Assembly: GCF_009914755.1 (NCBI RefSeq)
Contig: NC_060947.1
Direction: 5' to 3' (one strand)
DNA from: the human T2T-CHM13v2.0 reference genome, Homo sapiens
Length of the DNA: 64,000 nt
Numbering within the stretch: the stretch's first letter is position 1; the number at the start of each line of letters is the position of its first letter. Shown here in pieces: positions 33,541-45,026 of the stretch. The translations under genes were made by a program, and so were the position numbers. Under the pieces are notes generated by a model. That model saw only the letters and a program-made list of their open reading frames with translations, did no database searches and was not told where the DNA came from.

Positions 33541-35953
33541 TCTCCTGATTGGTTTCCAGCCACCGGTCCCGAGGCTGGCTAAAGAGCATCCTGTCGCTGA
33601 TCTGCCTGGTGAGTTTGGATTTTGCACCTCTGGGTGTGAGAGTGCTGGGCAGACTGGCATTGTGAGGTTGTGGCACCGCTGCCCAGGCACCGGCCCTGAG
33701 GGTCTCCAGATCGGGGCAGGATGCCCAAAATTGTGCTCCAGAGGGTATCAGGTGGGGGCTGGTGCCTCGCGGTGGTGCGGGATGTTGACCAGGTGACTGG
33801 CATGCCACGGAAAAGCATCAGCTTAGCCAAGCCAAGGAGGAAGCGAAGGGCCGATGGAAGTGGTGGGCAAGGGTGAGAGAAGGAGCCAGCTGAGCTGGGC
33901 AGAAAGCGGCACCCAGCGCTTCCCTACAGGGCTAGTTGTGACTGATTCACTCCCACAGATACCTCCTGAGCAAGCATTTGAGATCTGCCAGGGACACGGC
34001 GGTAGTAAGCCCTGCCCTGTTGTTCTTGTTCTAGTGGCTGAGCGCAGACAATAAGCAGAAAATGTTTTCCATTAGTAATTACAGAGTCTGTTAAAAGGCA
34101 GTAAGAGCCGGGGAAGGGAGGTCTGGTTGCCAGTTTAGGTGGTTAGAATAACTTATTCTAGAATAAGTCTCATTTCTACCAAAACTTGAAGGTGGTAAAA
34201 GAGCGAGGCATGTGGTTATGGTTTTGGAAGAGCATTCTAGGCACAAGGAATCCCCTGTACAAAGGCCCTGAGGCAGGGGTGGCCTGGCTCAAGGGAGCAA
34301 GAGTGTGGCAGGAGCAGAGGGAGGTGCAGAGGTGGGAGGAGGGTTGGGCAAGGTCAGGAAGGGTTGTGTGAGTTTACTCTGAGTGACACGGGCATCCCAG
34401 GGATAACTGTGAGCAGAGAAGGACAGGACCCGACCCGCCTGTTAGAAGGATCCCTCAGCGAGCAGCCTGGGTGGCCCCCTTTTGGCTAGGTTACCCTCTG
34501 CCCCCAGAGGGCAAGGCCTGCCCAGCTGCAAGGAAGCTCCTCAGAGGACTTTTTCAGGCTAGGCTGCATGGAGGGCCCCGGTCGACCCATGCAGCACCCA
34601 GGCCGGGCCTTGGCTCTGGGTTTCTCCAGTTTCCTTCTCCAGCCGTTCTGCCAGGTGGGCAGCAGGTGACTAGGGCCTCGGGCCAAGGAAAGCTGATGGG
34701 GCTGAGAGAAGCAAGATCCCCCAGGACGGAAGAAACCCAACCAAAGTGGTGATGCCTGTCCCTTGCTGTGGATGAAAAAGCCCAAATTCCTGCTCCCACC
34801 GAGTGGGACTGCTGGATGCTTTTCTGATTGTTGTTTGTTTGTGTGGGTTCTTTTTTCTTTTTCTGGGAATATCTCCCCATCTAGTGGTCGTCTTAAGGCA
34901 TCCTGCTAGAGCCAGCTCTCCCCTTGGTTGGCCAGGCTTCCTTGCTGGCAGTGGCCCTGCTCTCATCCCCTTCCCAGCCCTCCCCGCGTGGAGCACCCTG
35001 CATACTCAGTTCCACCCATAGGCTAAGGTCCGCAAGCAGGGGTCCCGGGTCCGAGGCCCCTCACAGAGGTGGAGCAGCCCTGGAGGGGCCGGCAGTGGCA
35101 CCGGTCACCCAGGTTGATGGGCCTTTCTGGCTCCTCACCTGAGGCGCCAAGGTCTGGTGGATTCTCACCTGTGTGCCCGATGCTGTGCCTCGGGGAAGCC
35201 TGGCTTCAGAGCCCAGGATTATCCTTCTGCTTGGCCTCTGCTCTGCTGGTCCCCAAAGGTCACAGGGTCTTGCTGGTCCAGCTGGAAGAAGCTGCTCTCT
35301 AGTTCCGCCAGGTGCCTTCCAGGTGCTTCTGTCCTCAGATGCACGGAGTAGTGCCCACCTGGGTGTTATTTGAGTTCTATGGGCACAGGGTTTGTCGTGT
35401 CTTTCTTTCCAGGAGTTGAAATTGTAGATGATTTTCGGGAACTAGCTCTCAAGGACAGGCACTGCTCTGGGTGACGGCTTGGTGTGGCCAGCACCTCCGC
35501 TGGGTCTTCCGATGCTGCACTTGAGTGCGGGTCTCCGTCTCTGGGCGGCCTCCCGCCGATGGGGTGTTCACTCAGGGGGTCACCACTCAACAGTGCTCTG
35601 CTCCCTTGGGGCTCAGACCTGCCTCAGTAATCTTGGGGTGGAGGGACTAGAGATAACTCCTCCCCCTTTCAACTTGTCCAAAATGGGTAGTGAACTTTCA
35701 GTACTGTTATGGTAGGGAAAAAAATGAGCTTATGCTGCTTTTCAAAACAATAATTTTATACTAGTCTGAAAGCACTGGCAAATTATCAGTAATACCTCCC
35801 CACGCACCTTTAGTTTTGCAGGGGTCCCAGTGACTGACAGTGTGTTATAATGAAATGAGGTGTGGCCTGCGGACATTAGAATGATTTTACCTACAGGAAC
35901 ATTTCTTTTCCCTCCTTTTTGATTGAGGTGAGATTCACACAACATAAAAATTA

Positions 35954-36247
<294 letters not shown>

Positions 36248-36450
36248 TAACCATTTTAAAGAGAACAATTCAGAGGCCATTTAGTACATTCACCATGTTG
36301 TGCAGTCACCACCTCTACCTGGCTCCAGAACATTCTCATCGCCCCATAAGGAAACCTCTAGACCCATTAGCACTCACTCCCCATCCCCCCACCCCCGGGC
36401 ACCCACCAATCTGCCTTCTGACATGATGGATTTACCTGTTCTGGACAGAC

Positions 36451-36916
36451 ATGTTTTATGAGAGTTAAAGGTTCTTTGGATGACAGGACCCTGGGATAGA
36501 TGAAAGGCACAGCTTTTTGTTCTGTATAGCTCTGAACGAGAGAAGGCTGCCAGGCAGGGCCACACAGAGGTTAGACCCGGGGACCGGGAAACAGCAGCTG
36601 GGGCCGGAAGGGGCCAGCAGAGGCGGGTGGCTAGGTTTCTCCAGCTTCCTTTGGATTGATTGAGTTGCATAAGTTTTCAGGCTCCAGGACATAGGGGCTG
36701 TCCCTACTTGTCTGGTGCCTGGCCCCAGAGTGTGGGGGCCCAATGAGGCAGGGGCCGTTGGAGTGTGTGTTTGGTGGCCCCAGAGAGAGGGAAATTGTAA
36801 GAAAAGTGGTGGGAGTGGGGACTTAGCAAACTGCCCTCGAAGGGCATAGAGATGAGAGGTTTTAGCCACTATTTCAAAACTAGGTCAAGACGGCTCTTGG
36901 GAAATGTGATGTTACA
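36451..36916. mobile_element. Probable solo LTR inserted in L1 (family uncertain)
   Basis: A TG...CA-bounded block of about 465 bp interrupts otherwise collinear L1 sequence. It contains ataggggctgtccctacttgtctggtgcc, which is LTR-like. Confidence 0.5.
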
Positions 36917-38297
36917 TCACAAAATGGAATCATACAATATGTGACCTTTCAAGTCTGCATCTGGCTTCTTTCACTGAGCAGTGTCCTCAGGGTTCATCCA
37001 CATGGTAGCATGTGTCAGAATTTCCTTTCTTTCTATGGCCAAATACTTTTCCATTGTATATATAGGCTCATGGTGTTGGTCCATCCATCCATCGATGGAC
37101 ATTTGGGCTTCTTCCACCTTTCGGCTCTAGTGATTAATGCTGCTGTGAACACAGGTGCGCAAGGGTTTGTGTGAACCACCTGTTTTCAATTCTTTGGGGG
37201 TATATACCCAGAAGTGGAATTGCCGGGTCATATGATAACTATGTCTAACTCATTGACAAGCCACCAGTCTGTTTTCCATAGTTTTTTTTTCTTTTTAATC
37301 ACCATCTTGCCTTTTTTGTGTCAGCTTTTCTCTCTTTCTCTTTGTGAAAGGTTTTAAAGTAAGTTGCATGCCATTCCCTCCCCCAAATGCTTCAATATGC
37401 ATTTCTTTAAAAGGGACATTTTCTTCCATGACCCAGTGCCACTATCCATCCAACACATGAGCAGTTATGATCCCCTACTTCCTTCCGAGGGCCACCCCAT
37501 AATCACCCTCTCCCAATGATCCCTAATCCCTTTGACGACTCTCTCATTTACGCCAGCATCTCATTGACGACCCCTCTTGCAGTTGGGTGTTGGACCCCGT
37601 AAATCTCTTTTCATCTAGAACAGCCTCTCTCCCCAGTCTCCTTTCTCCCCCCATGACACTGATTTGCAGAGGATACGGGACCCGTTGCTCTATGGAACAG
37701 CCCCTTTCTGGGTCAGGCAGGTTGCTTCCTTGTGGTGTCATCTATTCCCAAGGGCCTCTGGACACTGGACATTGAGTGCCAAGGCTGCGTTCAAATCCAG
37801 TCATATGGCTTTGGTAGGATACCTTCCTACTGCATCCTGGCAGCAGGACTGTCCCACCCTATGTCCCACTGCTAGGTTAGATTACTCTCTTGCAGCCCTC
37901 AAATAATCACAGGATGGCATTTTGATATGTGATACCCCTTTCTCTCTCAAGTCTTTAACCTAATGGTTTAGCATCCATTCCACCTTCAGGGATTCAGAAC
38001 ATCAGCTTATGTATCTTGGACCAATGTTGGCTGGCAGGTCATCATGGATGATAAGGGACTTTGGAGCAATTTAAATGCCAGGCAAATACTGTGGCTGTCC
38101 TTCTCTATGCTCCTGGGATCCTGTGCCCTCTCCCTCTCTCCTGTGGCGTTGTTGGCACAAACAAACTGTAGTCACCCATTGGAACATCAATAAAAGCTTG
38201 GAGACCAACAAAATGGAAATCCCAGGCAGAGAAGCAGAGAAACCAGGAAGTAGCTGGTGGGGGCGTGTGCTGAGAAAGGAACAATCTTTTACCCCCC

Positions 38298-38714
38298 TGT
38301 CCTAGTCCTCCTGTGTTGCTGTACAGGAATACCAGAGGCTGGGTAATTTATAAAGAGAAAAGGTTGCTTTAGCTCAGGATTTTGCTGGCTGGAAAGTTCA
38401 AGACTGGGCGTCTGCATCTAGTGAGAGCCTCAAGCTGCTTCCATTCAGGGTGGGAGTCTAAGGGGAGCTGGTGGCGCACGGCATGTGCAGAGATCACGTG
38501 GCCAGAGGGGACGCAAGATGAGGGGAGGAGCCAGGCTCTTTTTAACAATCAGCTCTCACAGAGCAAGGACTCACTCACCCCTGAGGGAGGGCATTAATCT
38601 GTTCATGAGGGACTCACCCCCACGACCCAAACAACTCCCATGAGGCCCCACCTCCAACACTGGGGATCAAATTGCAACGTGACGTGTGGAGACTCAGATA
38701 TCCAACCCACAGCA
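38298..38714 (-). mobile_element. MaLR LTR (MST-type)
   Basis: gaggctgggtaatttataaaga...aggccccacctccaacactggggatcaaattgcaac...tatccaacccacagca. Confidence 0.8.
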
Positions 38715-39316
38715 CTGACTGCCATCTGGCATTGAGAACTGCTGTGGAGAAGTCCTGAGGCCGAGGTGAATTTTGTCCACTTTGTCAATTTCATGTTCCC
38801 TACTCTTAGCCTGAAACTCAACTTCCTGCTGTCCCTCCAGGGTCCCACGTGGTGTCATCCTCTGCGCCTGTTCCCTAATTTTCAGCACCACGAATGCCAA
38901 ATGCAGGACCATCTGAGGGCCAGGGTATGTGCTGTGCTGTTGGCTGGCTACTCTCTTTGCCACTTGCAGCCTCCAGCTCTCTGCCTGAATGTCACCCCTT
39001 CAGAGAGCACCCCCACTACTGTAGGTCCCCCTTGATTCTGCACTGCCCTCACCTCTCTTCTCTTCATTTTGCAAAGGGAGGTCGTACATGTGCATTTGGA
39101 GTTTCCTTAAGAATCCCGACCTGAGGGAAGGGGATTGGCAGTGGAGCTTCCAGGAATGGCTGGAAAGTTGGGGTCAGGGGACGCTGGCCACATGGGGAGA
39201 GAGCTAAGAAAAGCAGCAAAAGAAGAAAAGAAAGGAAAGAAGGAACGGGCTCCCTCGAAAGCCTGGTCAGGCGAGCGCCAGTATGGAAGTGGGCATGGCA
39301 CCTCAATTGCAGAGAG

Positions 39317-39731
39317 TGTCCTGGGTTTGAATGGTGCCCCCCAAAAAGACATATTGAAGTCTCAACTCCTGGTATCTGTGACTGTGACCTCATTTGGAAA
39401 GGGAGACTTTGCAGCTGTAATCAAGGTAAGATGAGGTCATACTGTAGGAGCAGGGTGGGCCCTAATCCAGTGATTGGCATTCACAACAGACCAGGGAAAT
39501 TGGGACACAGACACACACAGAGAGAGGATGGCCACACGAAGACAGAGGCCAAGAAGGATTGCTGGAAACCACCAGAAGCCGAAAATGGCGAGAAAGGGGC
39601 TTCAGTGGAGCGGGGGCCTGCCAGCACCTGGATCTCGGACTTCTGGCCTCCAGAACCGGGAGAGAAAAATGTGTCTTGCTTGAAGGCCCCGATTTGTAGT
39701 ACTTATTATGGCCGCCCCAGGAAGCCATACA
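39317..39731 (+). mobile_element. MaLR LTR (MLT1C-like)
   Basis: tgaatggtgccccccaaaaag...tgtgacctcatttggaaa...gatgaggtcatac...ttctggcctccagaac. Confidence 0.8.
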
Positions 39732-39917
39732 GAAGGTCTGATGGTGAGGGGCCCTTGGTGAAGCTGCAGGAGTGAGAACACCACAGGTGGCCGCTGTGCT
39801 TATTTCACAAGAAAAACTAAGCAGGGTCTTCAAGCAGGTCGCAGATTGGCTGCTCCAGGCTGCCCTGGGCTCACAGGGGGCTCTTTGCATTTCCCTTAGC
39901 TCCTCTGCGCCCTGGTG

Positions 39918-39950
39918 ATGGCAGCCATTCTCCTGACCACGAGACCCAAG
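39918..39950 (+). CDS. ZFP92: ZFP92 coding exon 1 (MAAILLTTRPK)
   Basis: Acceptor ttcccttag| at 39899/39900, ATG at 39918 (gtgATGG), donor AAG|GTGAGT. Phase 0 into the KRAB-A exon. Confidence 0.88.
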
Positions 39951-40267
39951 GTGAGTGGTGGCCCCTCTCCCTGGCCTCTCCCCCTGGCAGCCCCCGTCTG
40001 CTGCCTCCTCATGCCCAGGCCTCTCCAGCTGGGCTGAGCTTAGGCTGCCCTTAGCATCGTTTTCCTTTCCTGAGGCGCACAATCTGGGCTTCCTGCCTCT
40101 GTCGGCTGTGCTGCCTGTTTTTCTGTCTTACAACTCGTGCAACCCGAGTCTTTCCACCTGCTGAGCCTTCCAGGGCTCCCCCCGCCCCCCACATTTTGTT
40201 TCTGTCAGCTCCTCCAGGGGCCCAGGGGGTTGAATTCCCCTGTGGCCACAAGAATGCCTTATTTTAG

Positions 40268-40394
40268 GTGCCAGTATCTTTTGAGGATGTGTCCGTGTAC
40301 TTCACAAAGACAGAATGGAAGCTTCTGGACCTCAGACAAAAGGTCCTCTACAAGCGGGTGATGCTGGAGAACTATAGCCATTTGGTGTCACTGG
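40268..40394 (+). CDS. ZFP92: ZFP92 KRAB-A exon ([43 protein letters not shown])
   Basis: Canonical 127-nt KRAB-A exon bounded by ttttag| and |gtaagt. DV and MLE motifs are intact. Confidence 0.96.
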
Positions 40395-41822
40395 GTAAGT
40401 GATCCCTCCACGACATACACACACCCAGTCCCACCTACTCTGTCTCTGGGCTCAGTTTATTTCCGAGATTCCTGTTTGTCGGTTGCTATGAGCCCAAGAA
40501 TAAATGCATTTCTCCATCAGACCAGTAATGCCAGTAATCCATTGCAGGCCAGCCGCCATCTCAGTAGGATGGTTTTTAGCTAAGTGGTCTGGACCTGTAA
40601 ATGTTTTAGGTAAATGCGTTGGCCTGTAAGTTTCAGTACCAGTCTTATCTTGTGTATAAAATCGTGGATCGACTAAAGGTCTTTCTACTCAAAAGAGAGA
40701 TGCAAATTCTACTGGAATATTTATGTGCACTCTTTTAGACTTAATTCGTTTCTATGACGGCTGCATTTTGCATCCGTTCCACTTTGTAAAATTTAGCAAC
40801 ATCTTTTCCTTCCATTGACCAGGGAGGTCCCACATAAGGACAAAGTGTAGACTTGGATTTCAAGCCTTGAGAAGTCCCGGGAGGAGCTGGGGCAGCTTGG
40901 AGCACACTGCTCTCCCCCTTCCATGCCAGTGCACACCCACTGCCGGAAGGGGCAGCAATTTTGCCAATTAAAGGGCAAAAGCAGGAGTCACAGGCTAGAC
41001 GGATGGGGGCCGGAGCACTCAGGAAGGTTTTCAGGTGGGGTAAAGAACGTCTGAGGGTGCCAGTGACTTGCCCCCACCTCACGCAGCTGATGAGAGATGC
41101 ATGCGTGAAACAGAGTGGGACCGGGCCTCTGGCTTTTCCCCCAGTGTGCCCAGCAAGGCTGGCTGCTGCAGCTAAGCTCAGACACTCCACTTCCCAGTGG
41201 AAATGGAAACACTCCACTTCCCCTTGCCGCTGGAGGGGAAATCCAGAGGGTCTTCAACATTGCACTCTACTGCCTTTGGGGTTGTGGGAGTCTGACTCCA
41301 CAGATTTTGCCTCTGTAATCTAGCCCCATAGAGGGAAAGCAGCTTCATCCCCTGGATTCCTTCTGACACTCACCAGGCAGACCTGGGGTTCCAGGGAGGG
41401 GTCTGGGATCCTCAGTGGAGTTGGATGATGAAACAGGGCAATTCAGCTTTCGGGGCCTATGGCTGTCGGCCTCCCAATAGTCCCTGGGGCTTGCAAGCCC
41501 TTCTTCTGTCCCTCAGGGTGCCCACACACATCCCCGATTTCTCATGAGCTTCTCAGCCTCCCTGCAGGCCAGGTGACAAACACAGTTGTCCTCATGGCCC
41601 AAATCGCCAGCTACTGAAGATCTCCGTGCCCACCTGGCCCTGGACGCGCAGGAGCCCTTGCCCTCGTAGAGGGACTTGGCCCTTTCTCTGAGCCTTCCCA
41701 GTAGTGCTTTTTAGAGAGTTCTTTATTCTCTGTTACCTGAAGATATTGAGAATTGCCTGAGTTCAGGAGCGACCCTGCCCTCAGCCATAGTGGTCTTGAC
41801 CTGCTTCATATTCCACGCCCAG

Positions 41823-41927
41823 GATTTTCCTTCTCCAAGCCTCACCTGATCTCCCAATTGGAACGAGGGGAAGGACCCTGGGTAGCAGACATCCCCAGAA
41901 CCTGGGCCACCGCAGGATTGCACATAG
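41823..41927 (+). CDS. ZFP92: ZFP92 KRAB-B exon (FSFSKPHLISQLERGEGPW...)
   Basis: KP.LIS.LE.G..PW motif, bounded by cccag| and |gtgagt. Phase 1-1, 105 nt. Confidence 0.95.
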
Positions 41928-42237
41928 GTGAGTGAGAGGTGCTCAACCAGCTCCCCATCGGGGTAAAAAGAAATAGCAGTGGCAAAGGGGGCGGGGGAGG
42001 GTACCCTGCCGCTTTGGGTGGGAAATCCTCTTTGGAGGCAGATGTCAATCTCCAGGTGTCACAGCAGCCCCGCTATCTCCAGCCCATCCTCCCGCCCCTT
42101 CATCTCTCCTGTCTGCCTGTGTGATGGCTTTCTGTTCTGTGGTCACCTTGCCCCATCCCCCTATGTTCTCACCTCCTGCTCGTTCATCTCTCTGACTTGG
42201 CATGAGGGTGACACTGCCTGGTGCTCTGTCTTTCCAG

Positions 42238-43223
42238 GTGACAGAACACAGAGCAAGACGTCGACTTCAACGCAGAAGCATTCTGGACGACAACTCCCCG
42301 GGGCCGATCCACAAGGTGGCAAGGAGGGGCAGGCGGCGAGGTCGTCTGTGCTCCAGAGAGGTGCCCAGGGCTTGGGGCAGAGTTCGGCTGCGGGGCCGCA
42401 GGGCCCCAAAGGCGCGGAGAAGCGGTACCTGTGCCAGCAGTGTGGGAAGGCCTTCAGCCGCAGCTCCAACCTCATCAAGCACCGCATCATCCACAGTGGC
42501 GAGAAGCCTTACGCGTGCCCCGAGTGCGGCAAGCTGTTTCGCCGCAGCTTCGCGCTCCTGGAGCACCAGCGCATCCACAGCGGCGAGAAGCCCTACGCCT
42601 GCCCCGAGTGCAGCAAGACCTTCACGCGCAGCTCCAACCTCATCAAGCACCAGGTCATCCACAGCGGCGAGCGGCCCTTCGCCTGCGGCGACTGCGGCAA
42701 ACTGTTCCGCCGCAGCTTCGCGCTCCTGGAGCACGCGCGCGTGCACAGCGGCGAGCGGCCCTACGCGTGCCCAGAGTGCGGCAAGGCCTTCAGCCGCAGC
42801 TCCAACCTCATCGAGCACCAGCGCACGCACCGCGGCGAGAAGCCCTACGCCTGCGGCCAGTGCGCCAAGGCCTTCAAGGGCGTCTCGCAGCTCATCCACC
42901 ACCAGCGCAGCCACAGCGGCGAGCGGCCCTTCGCGTGCCGCGAGTGCGGCAAGGCCTTCCGTGGCCGTTCGGGCCTCAGCCAGCACCGGCGCGTGCACAG
43001 CGGTGAGAAGCCCTACGAGTGCAGCGACTGCGGCAAGGCCTTCGGCCGGCGCGCCAACCTATTCAAGCACCAGGCAGTGCACGGCGCCAGGCGCCCTGCG
43101 AAGGCGGAGACGGCGCGGAGGCTAGCGGGCCCTGGGAGCACCGGCCCTGGGAGCGCGGTGGCGGCCACCAGCCCCCCGCGGCCGAGCACAGCCGCCAGGC
43201 CTTCCAGGCCCAGCCGCCGCTGA
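42238..43223 (+). CDS. ZFP92: ZFP92 zinc-finger exon, 8 C2H2 fingers
   Basis: Acceptor tttccag|. Eight CxxC...HxxxH fingers at 84-bp spacing from 42432 with SGEKPY-type linkers. Spliced CDS is 33+127+105+986 = 1251 nt, giving 416 aa. Confidence 0.96.
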
Positions 43224-44985
43224 CTCCCCGCCAGCGCACCCAGGGCGCGGCCGGTCTGCGTGGGGGGCCTTCCTGGGGACGTCGAGGCTCAGCCCCCTTC
43301 AGGTGGGAAGACCGCCCTCCCAGGGCCTCGATTGCGGCCACAGCCCTGACCTCTTTGGCCATCAGAAGACCCCAGGCAGAGCCTCACCCTGAGGCTGAGA
43401 AACGCAGGAAGGACTCAGAACCGAGGACTGCCGCCTGCCCTGGCTCCTCCATCAACGGCAGTGCGGGCTGGGAATGGAGGCCCTCTACTCCCTCCTGAGT
43501 CCTGGGCCTTGCAACTGAGGCACATAGATGGCACCTGGGCCACTCGTCCCTGAGCCACAGGTACTATCGAGTGTGCACAGGCGTGCGTGGAGGGGATGCG
43601 TGAACCATCCCTCGGATTTGCATCAGAATCGCCTGCTGCGGGTAGGGAGGAGGCCACGTGAGGCCAGTGAGGCCAGCCAGCGCGGGGCACGCTGGCTTTG
43701 AGTTACAGAAGAGTGGTGCATTTCCTCCCTGGGGGTCGTTCCCCTCGCCCTAAGAGTTGTTAGTGTTCCCAAGTAGAAGATACTGAAAGCACTTTAATCC
43801 TTTAAGCGCTTATATTGCAGGTGGGGGAGGCGCTAAAGTTAGCACAGAGGCAAGAGGCTCCCTGAATGTTGGCATAGGATGGGGGGCTGTGCCAGAAAAC
43901 TCCCGCCTTGTCTGGGTGGCCCCAGCTGCTTCTGGGAGGAGGAGCAGCGCCCAGGCCCCATCATCCCTGAGCACCAGTGGTTCTGGGAATGGCTAGCCCA
44001 GGCCCTGCAGAGAGGATAAGACCCTTCAAGTCACTCACAATTGGACATTTGTAGCTAGCCACCCTCCAGGCTTTGCTTTCCCCCCTGCCCGCCCACTGCC
44101 TTCTGCTCCCCAGACCCCACCAGCAAAGGCCACCCTGGCCTCTCTGTCCCCTGTCCCCCTGCCCCGCCCCACCACCAGTGCCTAAAGCTTCGCACTTACC
44201 TGCTCCTCCCCATCAGGCAGCCTCTCTTGCGGCTGGTGACGATTAGGAGGAAAGCCAGACGGGTTAGGAATTTGCACTTAGGCAACAGAGCAAGCCCAGG
44301 AACGAATCTTTCATCGAATGTCTTTTGCGTGACATTTTGTAGAATACTGGACGTTCCGTTGCTTTGATTGTTTTTGTATTCAGGGGTAATGTATATTGAA
44401 AATAGAGATTTTGCCATATCAGAGTATCAGGGATTCACTCCCTAAATAAGAGTCCCCCCAGCCCTCTGAGAAGACCTCAGGCAGGAGAAAGGGGGCCACC
44501 CCAGGCCTGCCCCCAGATGAGTGTGGTGGCAAGCCTGGCCCCTCTTCTCCCTACAACGATGCAGTCCACCCCTCTTCCCCTTAGCCCTGCAGAAACAGGG
44601 CAGACTCTTCAAATGGCACTTTACTGAAAGCCAAGGGGAATTCTCAAGGAAAAGTCTCAGGGCTGGCAGAGGCAGCTGCTGGCAGGCCTTATCCTAGTTC
44701 CCCAGCGCTGTCCCCAGAGCTGGGCTCAGGAGCTCTGCCCCTTGGTGCTCTCAGCCCAGCGTCCTGGTCAGCGGCCACCTCCTTCCAGCCCTGTCCCCTC
44801 CCAGGGGAGAGGGGGTTTTTCATCCACAAGGCCTGAGGGCAGGTGGGTGGTAGGCGTGGTGGAGGGGGGAGGTTCAAAGACAGCTGGCTCCTATCAGGAG
44901 AGTGTGGGAAGACCCAAACATACAGGATTCCCTCGGAGAATGCTGCTTGGAGTGCCAGTCACTAGGACAACTCCAGAAATAATGT

Positions 44986-44988
<3 letters not shown>

Positions 44989-45024
<36 letters not shown>
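44989..45024. repeat. (AC)n microsatellite, about 18 units
   Basis: Read directly. Confidence 0.92.

Positions 45025-45026
<2 letters not shown>

Noticed and set aside
41979-43125. Unspliced 414-aa ZNF ORF start and overlapping alternative or antisense ORFs
   Set aside because: The N-terminal part is intronic. The overlapping frames follow from extreme GC3 in the finger exon.
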